The position numbers and the translations under genes were made by a program. Positions 8,714-16,036 of a stretch of 32,000 nucleotides of DNA are shown piece by piece. The notes beneath the pieces are model-generated. The model was not told the origin of the DNA. It saw nothing but the letters and a program-made list of their open reading frames with translations, and made no database searches. Each line of letters opens with the position of its first letter. The first letter of the stretch is position 1. The stretch is from Candidatus Saccharimonadota bacterium (GTDB taxonomy: Bacteria > Patescibacteriota > Saccharimonadia > Saccharimonadales > Saccharimonadaceae), in the NCBI GenBank assembly GCA_001897305.1, contig MKSO01000001.1:60001-92000 (forward strand). The letters are read 5' to 3'.

Positions 8714-8782
8714 ATGACAGCGGTAACACATCAGCAATGTATGCTTCTCGGCCTCATGCTCGATGCGTCCTCGACGTCGTAA
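8714..8782 (+). CDS. Candidate 22-codon leader or small ORF (MTAVTHQQCMLLGLMLDASSTS)
   Basis: The ATG lies 9 nt downstream of TG-TATACT (8697-8704). The last four sense codons contain CCTCGACG, which can pair with the 5' arm of the downstream terminator. Whether it is translated is unproven. Confidence 0.25.
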   Translation: MTAVTHQQCMLLGLMLDASSTS

Positions 8783-8802
8783 GTTTTATTTGCAGAAACA
8801 AT

Positions 8803-8836
8803 AAACGCGTCGAGGGAAATCACCTCGACGCGTTTT
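8803..8836 (+). terminator. Rho-independent terminator-like hairpin
   Basis: AAACGCGTCGAGG (8803-8815), a 7-nt loop, then CCTCGACGCGTTT (8823-8835) plus T. The inverted repeat is a perfect 13 bp, with a short U tract on the plus strand and an A tract on the left. Confidence 0.6.
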
Positions 8837-8943
8837 AGGTCTACAAATGAATACGTAGTACCAGTACCCGCGCTTGCCGTATGTGGTAAGCTGCAAACCT
8901 CGTGTGCCTAAAATGGGTGCACATTTCACAATCAGGAGGAATA

Positions 8944-9234
8944 ATGAGCCAGAGCATGACATCCGGTGACCTTGACCTTGCCATGGAAGTGGCGACGCGT
9001 GGATCACTGACCTTCTACGACTACGAGCCGCGTGGCCAGGAGGGTCATCTCAGCAACATCGCCACCGTTCTCGGTCTCGATCCCGCGGAAACCCCCAGGC
9101 TACTGCTCATAGCCGATGCATTCGAAGACGATCACCACTACGAAGTCGAGCGAGTTCCTATGGAGCAGCCGCAACAGGGTTCCAAAGGGGAGTCGTTCCC
9201 GAAGAAATTCCGCGTTACCATCAAGCCAGCCTGA
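8944..9234 (+). CDS. Hypothetical protein (96 aa), compositionally atypical orphan
   Basis: AGGAGGA at 8934-8940 sits 3-4 nt upstream of ATG 8944. The ORF-track start at 8902 lacks an SD. Codon third positions are strongly G/C-biased (4/4 Phe are TTC, 3/3 Tyr are TAC), unlike the neighbouring genes. I recognise no motif. Confidence 0.45.
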   Translation: MSQSMTSGDLDLAMEVATRGSLTFYDYEPRGQEGHLSNIATVLGLDPAETPRLLLIADAFEDDHHYEVERVPMEQPQQGSKGESFPKKFRVTIKPA

Positions 9235-9251
9235 GTGCTGGCGTGGAGTGG

Positions 9252-9290
9252 GGGTGGGGCTCTGGGTTATGCGCCCATCGAGCCCCACCC
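9252..9290 (+). other. GC-rich stem-loop downstream of the orphan ORF
   Basis: GGGTGGGGCTC (9252-9262) pairs with GAGCCCCACCC (9280-9290). The loop adds TGGG/CCCA pairing. No adjacent U tract, so this is not a canonical intrinsic terminator. Confidence 0.4.
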
Positions 9291-9376
9291 GCGTCCTGGT
9301 ATTCCTCCTGATTTTTATCCCAAGAATTTCAAATGATATACTAGCTACAAAGAAGCGACACGAAGTAAGGAGTAAT

Positions 9377-9787
9377 ATGGCTGAAAAGAAAACATCCACT
9401 AGTGCAAAACAATCATCGAGTAAAGCACGAAATGTGGCCTCGCGCAGCACAGAACACGTAAGGGGTCACGTAAATGGCTTTGTTGATTTTATTCGTAAAC
9501 AAGGTGTTATTGGTTTAGCGGTTGGTCTGGCGATCGGTACCGCTGCTGGTGATACAGTAAAGCGTTTGGTAGAAGGTTTTATTAACCCAATTGTTCAATT
9601 TATTGTTGGTTCGGGCGATAAGCTTGCCAATGCTACGTGGCACGTTGAACTATTTGGTCGTGAAGCGGATTTCGCGTGGGGTGCTGCACTTTCATCTGCT
9701 ATTACTTTACTTGCCACGGCGCTGGTTATCTACTGGCTTGTAAATGTCTTTAAGCTTGATCGTCTCGACAAGAAGAAAGACGCCTAG
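9377..9787 (+). CDS. mscL: Large-conductance mechanosensitive channel
   Basis: FVDFIRKQGVIGLAVGLAIGTAAGDTVKRLVEGFINPI matches the MscL TM1 signature. SD AAGGAG lies 6-7 nt upstream of ATG 9377, and a TGaTATACT box is at 9334-9342. The longer ORF-track frame from 9116 overlaps the upstream orphan and hairpin. Confidence 0.8.
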   Translation: MAEKKTSTSAKQSSSKARNVASRSTEHVRGHVNGFVDFIRKQGVIGLAVGLAIGTAAGDTVKRLVEGFINPIVQFIVGSGDKLANATWHVELFGREADFAWGAALSSAITLLATALVIYWLVNVFKLDRLDKKKDA

Positions 9788-9790
9788 TTC

Positions 9791-10360
9791 GTGGATAAAA
9801 AAATAGCCAACACCAAGCAACCGCACATCCTATGGATCGATTTAGAAATGACCGGCCTCGACCCAGAGAAGGATCGTATTCTCGAGGTTGGCGCTATTAT
9901 TACCGACTGGGATTTTAAAGAAGTTGCCAGTTACGAAGCGGCCGTAAAAGTACCTGACGCAATTGTAGAAGACAGAATGTTTAGTGGCCCGGCTGCGACC
10001 TTTTGGGAAAGTGTCCCCGCTACACGCGATGCGCTTATTCAGCAAAATCAAGAAGCGGCTCAGCCAAAGCGTACTGTAGAGGATGCTTTGCTCGCGCTGG
10101 TTGATCAGTACTTTAAAGCTGATATTCCCGTGCTTCTTGCGGGTAATTCTATCCATATGGATCGCCGTTTTATCGAAAAAGAGTTTACGCGTCTTACTAA
10201 ACGACTCCATTACCGTATGCTCGATGTTTCAGCTTGGAAAGTAGTCTTCGAGGCGAAATATCGTAAAAAGTATGCCAAGCGAGAGGCTCATCGGGCCCTT
10301 GATGATATTCGCGGCAGTATTGAAGAACTGCAATACTACACCGCTCTCATTAAAAAATAA
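9791..10360 (+). CDS. orn: Oligoribonuclease (DEDDh 3'-5' exonuclease)
   Basis: ILWIDLEMTGLDPEKDRILEVGAIITD (Exo I), AGNSIHMDRRFI (Exo II) and HRALDDIRGSIEELQYY (Exo III). The GTG start is 3 nt after the mscL stop. Confidence 0.85.
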   Translation: MDKKIANTKQPHILWIDLEMTGLDPEKDRILEVGAIITDWDFKEVASYEAAVKVPDAIVEDRMFSGPAATFWESVPATRDALIQQNQEAAQPKRTVEDALLALVDQYFKADIPVLLAGNSIHMDRRFIEKEFTRLTKRLHYRMLDVSAWKVVFEAKYRKKYAKREAHRALDDIRGSIEELQYYTALIKK

Positions 10361-10381
10361 GCATGCTACAATAAAAACACT

Positions 10382-11602
10382 ATGAAGCTTAGGCGACATC
10401 GTGGGAGGAAACTACTGCTCATAGGCAGCATTACGCTTGCGCTATGTTTTATTGTGAGTGTGCTTGCGGTAGTCATTATTGGTCGATCCACCCATTCACC
10501 GGCCGAGAAATCTCCTTCCGTTGCAACCACTAAACCGGCTCCTAAGCCAGTGTCTGTTTCGGTACACACGCTTTATTTTGGCAACGCATATTGGGGACGG
10601 TATATGAACGACTGGTCGATGGCCAGCCCCCTTAAAACTGCCTATCCGTTTTCTCGTCTCAATGAGTTTCATCGTGACCAGTATGATGCGTGGATTGCTG
10701 GCTTAGAGTGCCCCACGGTAGCGGGCTTCTCCCAAACCTCGGCTGAAGAAGACGCAACGCTATCGTTTAACTGTTCGCCAACCTATCTACCGGAAGCGGC
10801 AAAATGGTTTACGGCGTTTACCTTGGCGAACAATCATACTGATAATCAGGGGCCGGAAGGGTTCGCCGAAACCAAGCAGCATTTGCAAGAGAATAATATC
10901 CAGTACTTTGGTAATTACGACCCATATGTTGCCGATGATGCCTGTGAAGTGCTCGCTATACCAGCCACAGTAAGTTATGACGACGGTAGTACGAAGAAGC
11001 AGGCGCTTCCACTGGCTTTCTGCGCGTATCATGGCGTCTTTAAAATTCCACCAGCTGATTCGATTGCTCAAATTAACAAATACGCCGCTTATTTTCCGGT
11101 TGTGGCTATGCCGCATATGGGTAAAGAATATGTGGCTACTCCTGATGAACTAAAGACAAGTATCTACCACTCCATGATTGACCAAGGTGCTGACATGGTG
11201 CTTGGTGACCATCCGCACTGGGTACAGACTAGCGAGGCCTACAAAGGCAAACCAATTTTTTATTCAATGGGTAACTTTATGTTTGATCAACAAGATACAA
11301 CCGAAGTAACGCGCTCGGCAGCTATCGACGTAACACTAAAAGCTGATAATAATGGGGGAGATCTTGAAAAGTGGCTGGCGTTAGGCGACGCCTGTAAATC
11401 CTTTCATGACGACTGTTTAGTGAAAGCTCAGCAGCAGAATTTAAAGAAAATAACCGCACAGTATACCATCGGGGTCGTTGGCACTAATGATGCTGGCAAG
11501 ATTACCAAGCCGGCAACAGAAGCCCAAACAAGTGCGATCCTGGATCGTCTACATTGGTCAAATACTAAGAAACAGTTGCAAGCACCCTTTACGGGGCTGT
11601 AA
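10382..11602 (+). CDS. CapA/PgsA-family metallophosphoesterase-like protein with an N-terminal membrane anchor
   Basis: One N-terminal TM helix, then LANNHTDNQGPEG, MPHMGKEY, GDHPHWVQ and YSMGNFMFDQ. This is the motif series of the PGA_cap (CapA) family. Confidence 0.7.
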   Translation: MKLRRHRGRKLLLIGSITLALCFIVSVLAVVIIGRSTHSPAEKSPSVATTKPAPKPVSVSVHTLYFGNAYWGRYMNDWSMASPLKTAYPFSRLNEFHRDQYDAWIAGLECPTVAGFSQTSAEEDATLSFNCSPTYLPEAAKWFTAFTLANNHTDNQGPEGFAETKQHLQENNIQYFGNYDPYVADDACEVLAIPATVSYDDGSTKKQALPLAFCAYHGVFKIPPADSIAQINKYAAYFPVVAMPHMGKEYVATPDELKTSIYHSMIDQGADMVLGDHPHWVQTSEAYKGKPIFYSMGNFMFDQQDTTEVTRSAAIDVTLKADNNGGDLEKWLALGDACKSFHDDCLVKAQQQNLKKITAQYTIGVVGTNDAGKITKPATEAQTSAILDRLHWSNTKKQLQAPFTGL

Positions 11603-11611
11603 TATAGGGTC

Positions 11612-11953
11612 ATGACCCATAAAGAACTTGAAGAATATCTTTTGAGCTTTCCAAATACTTGGTTGGATTTCCCTTTTGGTGAAGGAACGAGCGTATATAA
11701 GATTGGTCACAAAGACACTGGCCAAGGTAAAATGTTTGCCCTTATCGCGGACGGCAGTAAGCCTTTGCGCGTGAGCTTAAAGTGCGATCCAGTTTTAGCA
11801 GAGACTCTTCGTGAGAAATACGAAACAATCGTTCCTGGCTATCACCTCAACAAAAAGCACTGGAATACTATTATTTGTTCGGGGCAGCTCGATGAAGAAG
11901 AAATTAAAGACCTCGTTCGCTTAAGCTATCGTCTAGTAGACGAATCGAAATAG
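11612..11953 (+). CDS. MmcQ/YjbR-family protein
   Basis: About 113 aa with the FPFGEG..VYKIG..KMFALI....L.LKCDP...LRE......PGYHLNKKHWNT pattern characteristic of YjbR/MmcQ. Confidence 0.65.
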   Translation: MTHKELEEYLLSFPNTWLDFPFGEGTSVYKIGHKDTGQGKMFALIADGSKPLRVSLKCDPVLAETLREKYETIVPGYHLNKKHWNTIICSGQLDEEEIKDLVRLSYRLVDESK

Positions 11954-11954
11954 A

Positions 11955-12566
11955 TTATTCGTTGGAGGCACTGAACTTCGAGAGAGCAGTGTATGTCGGC
12001 TCTAGGTTGTTATAAGCAGTTTTGAGAAATGCCTGGGTTTGTGGGCCCGCACCGGCAGAATACAATTGTTGCAGTAAAGCTAAAATGGTGGCTACTTGGT
12101 AGGTCATTTCGCGTGCATATGTACTATCAAATTTTGCATTGAGGCGGCCAACTTCCAGTCGTTGCTTCATATCTGCATTTGACTCAAGTGCAAGGACGGA
12201 CGCGGGAATTTTCTTCGGAACGATATTAAGACTTGCTAGTGGGGCTGCTAGGTCGCGCTGAGTATTGGTAATGTATAGCTTTAAGTCGCTATTTAAAGAA
12301 CGCAACTGACTGTTTTTTATTCTGGTACTCGAATCATTTACAACACTTGAAGTAGCGTCGAGCTTAGCGTAAAGACGTTCCCATGGTTGTTTCTGGGCAT
12401 TCGCAATTGCCCCGGCCACATTAACCAAAATAATAACAAGCACTATAGCCGCTATTCCCGCCAACAGGATGGTGCGAATATTCCACGCGAAAACCGGACG
12501 CTTAGGTGCCTGGGGTGCGATCTGGTTGAGGTAGTCGAGCGGCGTCTGATTAGTGCTTGGGTTCAT
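11955..12566 (-). CDS. Hypothetical N-terminally membrane-anchored protein (203 aa)
   Basis: A single TM segment (ILLAGIAAIVLVIILVNVAGAI) follows a short cytoplasmic N-terminus. The remainder is predicted helical. No recognisable motif. The stop codon is 1 nt from the YjbR-like stop, in convergent orientation. Confidence 0.55.
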   Translation of the reverse strand: MNPSTNQTPLDYLNQIAPQAPKRPVFAWNIRTILLAGIAAIVLVIILVNVAGAIANAQKQPWERLYAKLDATSSVVNDSSTRIKNSQLRSLNSDLKLYITNTQRDLAAPLASLNIVPKKIPASVLALESNADMKQRLEVGRLNAKFDSTYAREMTYQVATILALLQQLYSAGAGPQTQAFLKTAYNNLEPTYTALSKFSASNE

Positions 12567-12640
12567 GGCACTATTTAACCATAATCAATAACAGAGGTAA
12601 ATAGTAGGAGAGTCTCGCCTTGGTGGGGTATACTAAGCCT

Positions 12641-14392
12641 ATGCAAGACGCTAAAGAGGAAGTAAGAGCTCGACTCAACATCGAAGATGTTGTTGGTGAG
12701 TACGTCCAACTAAAGCGTGCCGGCCGTAATTTTAAAGGCCTCAGCCCTTTTAGCGGCGAAAAAACGCCCAGCTTTTATGTCAGCCCCGAAAAAAATATAT
12801 GGCATGACTTTTCTTCCAACAAAGGAGGTGATGTCTTTAGTTTTGTGATGGAAGTGGAAGGGCTTGATTTTAGGGCGGCGTTGGAACTTTTAGCGCAGCG
12901 AGCGGGCGTAGACCTCTCCCAGTACGATTCAAAAGGGGGTCAAGAAATTGCTCGACAGAAACGCCGTCTTCTTGAAGCGCATCAGCTAGCCGCTAAATAC
13001 TATCAACAAAGTTTGCTTCAGAATCAGCGAGCACTCGAATACGTATTCCAAAAACGTGGTCTAAGCAAGGCTGTAGTACAAGAGTTCCAAATCGGCTATG
13101 CCCCAGATGCTGGCGATGCTCTAGTACAGTTTCTCGTAAAAAAAGGGTTCACAAAAAATGAATTATCCCTTGGCGGGCTCACGAATCGGTTTGGCGGTGA
13201 TTTTTTCCGTGGCCGTATGATGGTACCCCTCATGGATGCCTCGGGCCAGGTAATCGGTTTCACTGGCCGCATTATTGTTGATGAGCCAAATGCTCCGAAA
13301 TATCTCAATACTCCGCAGACGCCTTTGTATGACAAAAGTCGTCATGTCTTTGGACTGAGCCAAGCAAAAGAAGCAATTCGTAAGGGCGACTATGCGGTTA
13401 TTGTAGAGGGGAATCTTGATGTGGTGAGTAGCCACCAGGCTGGTTTTACGGAAGTAGTAGCTACGGCGGGAACGGCCTTAACGGAGGCACATTTAAAGGC
13501 GCTTGTCCGGTTGAGTCCAAATGTTCGCTTAGCGTTTGATGGTGACGCAGCCGGTCTGGCGGCAACCGAGCGAGCAATTCCTATTGCGCAAACGGTTGGG
13601 GTTGATTTAACTATTATCTCGCTTCCTGAAGACGTTAAGGACCCCGACGAACTTATCCAAAAAGATCCCCAGCTATGGCGGCAGGCTATTGACCAGGCCG
13701 AGAATGTAGTGGATTGGCTATTAACTCAATACACCAAGCGTGAAGATATGACAGCGCCAATTGGGAAGCGCCGGTTTACTACAGCTGCCCTTAGGGTAGT
13801 TCGTGCCTTGAACGATCCAGTCGAGCAAGAGCACTTTATGCAAAAAATCGCCGCCTACACTTCGACTAGCCTGGAGACGGTTAAGGAAAAGCTTACGAAT
13901 ACGACCGATGACTCACAACCAGAGCGTCCTCTGAAACCGGTGCATATTGCCGAAGAAATTAAACAAGACCCTGCGGCGTATCAAGACAGCATGCTGGCGC
14001 TTGCACTATTAGACCCTGCAACGCGCGAATTACTGAACGATGTTACTACTGAAATGCTGGCCACCGATGAACGGCGAGCGGTGCTGACATACGTTCAAAC
14101 AAACACCGAACCTATCCAGTCAATTCCTAAAAACTTGCAAGATTACGATACGTATGTCAAAATATTACTATTAAGAGCCGACGCACGGTACGGGGAATGG
14201 AGTGACGAAGATCGTTGCTTCGAAGCAGCCCGCCTGGTCCGCCTCACCATAACCGAACACAAGCAAACACAGAAAGACGCACTCACTAAAGAACTCCGCA
14301 TTGCCGAAGATAATGGCAATGACGAAGAAGCCTTGCGTCTGCGCCACGCACTAAACGAACTCATAAAGGAGATGCCTCGTGCCAAAAGGTAA
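12641..14392 (+). CDS. dnaG: DNA primase
   Basis: EKTPSF plus [12 protein letters not shown] (zinc-ribbon region, ligands substituted), a TOPRIM domain ([24 protein letters not shown]) and a C-terminal helical domain. I prefer ATG 12641, 6 nt after TATACT (12629-12634). The ORF-track start TTG 12620 has TAGGAGAG 8 nt upstream and remains possible. Confidence 0.85.
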   Translation: MQDAKEEVRARLNIEDVVGEYVQLKRAGRNFKGLSPFSGEKTPSFYVSPEKNIWHDFSSNKGGDVFSFVMEVEGLDFRAALELLAQRAGVDLSQYDSKGGQEIARQKRRLLEAHQLAAKYYQQSLLQNQRALEYVFQKRGLSKAVVQEFQIGYAPDAGDALVQFLVKKGFTKNELSLGGLTNRFGGDFFRGRMMVPLMDASGQVIGFTGRIIVDEPNAPKYLNTPQTPLYDKSRHVFGLSQAKEAIRKGDYAVIVEGNLDVVSSHQAGFTEVVATAGTALTEAHLKALVRLSPNVRLAFDGDAAGLAATERAIPIAQTVGVDLTIISLPEDVKDPDELIQKDPQLWRQAIDQAENVVDWLLTQYTKREDMTAPIGKRRFTTAALRVVRALNDPVEQEHFMQKIAAYTSTSLETVKEKLTNTTDDSQPERPLKPVHIAEEIKQDPAAYQDSMLALALLDPATRELLNDVTTEMLATDERRAVLTYVQTNTEPIQSIPKNLQDYDTYVKILLLRADARYGEWSDEDRCFEAARLVRLTITEHKQTQKDALTKELRIAEDNGNDEEALRLRHALNELIKEMPRAKR

Positions 14393-15419
14393 GAAAAAAG
14401 ACGAAGAAATTATTGAAGAAGATGTCATTATCGATGACATTGCTGGTGATGATACTGTAGCGGATATTGTCGATGTACCGCTTCCAGCTGTTGAATTTGA
14501 CGGCCCTGCACTGGAAGATCTTGATGACGAAGATATTGATACCGACGAAGACCTTCTTAGCCAAGAACAGTACTTTGATGATGCTAGTGACGACAGTGTA
14601 CGCCTATACCTCCGCGAGATCGGTAAAATCCCACTCTTGAACGCCGAAGAAGAACTAGAACTTGCGCAACGAGTTGTAAATGGTGATAAAAAAGCCAAGG
14701 ACAAAATGGCCGAAGCAAACATGCGTTTGGTAGTCTCGATTGCCAAGCGCTACAGTGGCCGTGGTCTTGATTTTCTTGACCTTATTCAAGAAGGCAATAC
14801 CGGTTTGCTGCGCGCGGTTGAAAAGTTCGACCCAGACAAGGGCTTTAAGTTTTCAACCTACGCGACTTGGTGGATTCGTCAGGCCATTACACGTGCTATT
14901 GCCGACCAAGCCCGTACTATTCGTATTCCAGTACACATGGTGGAAACCATTAACAAGCTGCTCCGTACCCAGCGCCGTATGACCCAAGAGCTCAACCGCG
15001 AGCCTACCATTGAAGAGCTTGCCAAAGAACTCGAAATGGAACCTGAAAAGGTTGAATACGTCATGAAGATTAAGCAGGATATTACCTCACTTGATGCTGG
15101 TGTTGGCCGCGATGGCGATGACGAGGACTCAGTTCTCCGTGACTTTATTGAAGATGAAGATAGTGCCACCCCTGAAGAATCTGCTGCGTCGCAACTTTTG
15201 AAAGAACAAGTTCAAGAGATCTTGTCGACTCTTTCAGACCGCGAACAAAAAATCATTCGTATGCGCTTCGGCCTTGATAACGGCAAAAGCCATACCCTTG
15301 AAGAAGTAGGGCAGGAATTTGCGGTGACCCGTGAGCGTATTCGCCAAATTGAAGCGAAAGCACTGGCGAAACTTCGTAAACACAAAGATTCAAAGAAACT
15401 TCACGATTACTTGTCTTAA
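14379..15419 (+). CDS. rpoD: Primary RNA polymerase sigma factor (sigma-70 family)
   Basis: Region 1.2 [11 protein letters not shown], region 2 [54 protein letters not shown], and region 4 [24 protein letters not shown]. The GTG start has AAGGAG (14366-14371) 7 nt upstream and overlaps the dnaG 3' end by 14 nt. Confidence 0.9.
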   Translation: MPKGKKKDEEIIEEDVIIDDIAGDDTVADIVDVPLPAVEFDGPALEDLDDEDIDTDEDLLSQEQYFDDASDDSVRLYLREIGKIPLLNAEEELELAQRVVNGDKKAKDKMAEANMRLVVSIAKRYSGRGLDFLDLIQEGNTGLLRAVEKFDPDKGFKFSTYATWWIRQAITRAIADQARTIRIPVHMVETINKLLRTQRRMTQELNREPTIEELAKELEMEPEKVEYVMKIKQDITSLDAGVGRDGDDEDSVLRDFIEDEDSATPEESAASQLLKEQVQEILSTLSDREQKIIRMRFGLDNGKSHTLEEVGQEFAVTRERIRQIEAKALAKLRKHKDSKKLHDYLS

Positions 15420-15988
15420 GCAAAGTCGAGCTCTTGGCCAACAGCCTCGAGCTGTTCATTGAAGTGCTCAATTGAGCCGGTATTGATAACAAAGTGGTCC
15501 GCAATAGCAATCGGGCCACCTTTTTCAATGTTTTCGATTTCGGCTATGTCTCGTGCATAGGCTTCGCTGCTAGTAAGTGGGCGTACCGGGCGTTGTGAGA
15601 GACGGTGATAGCGCAGTTGTCGGGGTGCGACAATAGCAACAAGCTCCAGCTCACCTGGAAATGCCGCGCGCAATACTTTATATTCGGTCCAGCTATAAAG
15701 ACCATCAGCGATAATGCGATGTTGTCCGGCATCGGCTAAGTGATTAATTTGTTCAACAATTTTATTAGCCACCGCATCTTTGCCGTATTTTTTTCGAAAC
15801 TCTTCACGAAACGGTTTTTCATTTTCTTGGGTGTGCTCTAAGCCGGCTTCGGTCATAGCGTCTAAAATAACGCCGCCAAAATATACTTTCGGGTACCCCT
15901 TTTCGGTAAAGTGATCGACAGCGGTTGACTTACCGGCACCAGTTAGGCCGACGAAGGCTAAGATTTTCAGATTGTTACGATGTGTCAT
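15416..15988 (-). CDS. P-loop nucleotide or nucleoside kinase-like protein (dephospho-CoA kinase / dNMP kinase-like fold)
   Basis: Walker [12 protein letters not shown] at the N-terminus and a size of about 190 aa. The overall pattern resembles the CoaE/UPF0200-type small kinases, but the substrate cannot be assigned by eye. Its 3' end overlaps the rpoD stop by 4 nt in convergent orientation. Confidence 0.55.
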   Translation of the reverse strand: MTHRNNLKILAFVGLTGAGKSTAVDHFTEKGYPKVYFGGVILDAMTEAGLEHTQENEKPFREEFRKKYGKDAVANKIVEQINHLADAGQHRIIADGLYSWTEYKVLRAAFPGELELVAIVAPRQLRYHRLSQRPVRPLTSSEAYARDIAEIENIEKGGPIAIADHFVINTGSIEHFNEQLEAVGQELDFA

Positions 15989-16036
15989 AAGGGTATTGTA
16001 TCAGATAAACGTACCTCAAGTGCTATACTAATAGAT

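Noticed and set aside
9116-9376. An N-terminal extension of the mscL ORF (the ORF track gives 223 aa from 9116)
   Set aside because: The extension overlaps the 3' end of the orphan ORF, the GC-rich hairpin and the TGaTATACT promoter. MscL homology begins only after ATG 9377, which has its own AAGGAG SD.
14351-14746. A 131-aa Ser-rich minus-strand ORF
   Set aside because: It is antisense to the acidic N-terminal region of rpoD. GAA/GAT-rich codons read as TTC/ATC and Ser-rich on the other strand, so this is a typical shadow ORF.
15416-15419. Convergent and tandem gene overlaps (rpoD/kinase 4 nt, truB/membrane protein 14 nt, dnaG/rpoD 14 nt) as a special regulatory feature
   Set aside because: Such overlaps are common in compact genomes. 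They are sufficiently explained by genome reduction and translational coupling, so they are noted in the feature evidence rather than reported as a finding.
15980-16036. The ORF-track start of polA at 15980. Similar upstream starts were rejected at 22523 (DHH-like gene) and 27647 (large membrane protein)
   Set aside because: Each of these starts lies inside or upstream of a clear -10 or -35 element. 22523 is within TATAGT, and 27647 is the TTGACT -35. The 15980 start would overlap the divergent kinase gene. The downstream ATGs fit the recurrent promoter-to-ATG spacing.
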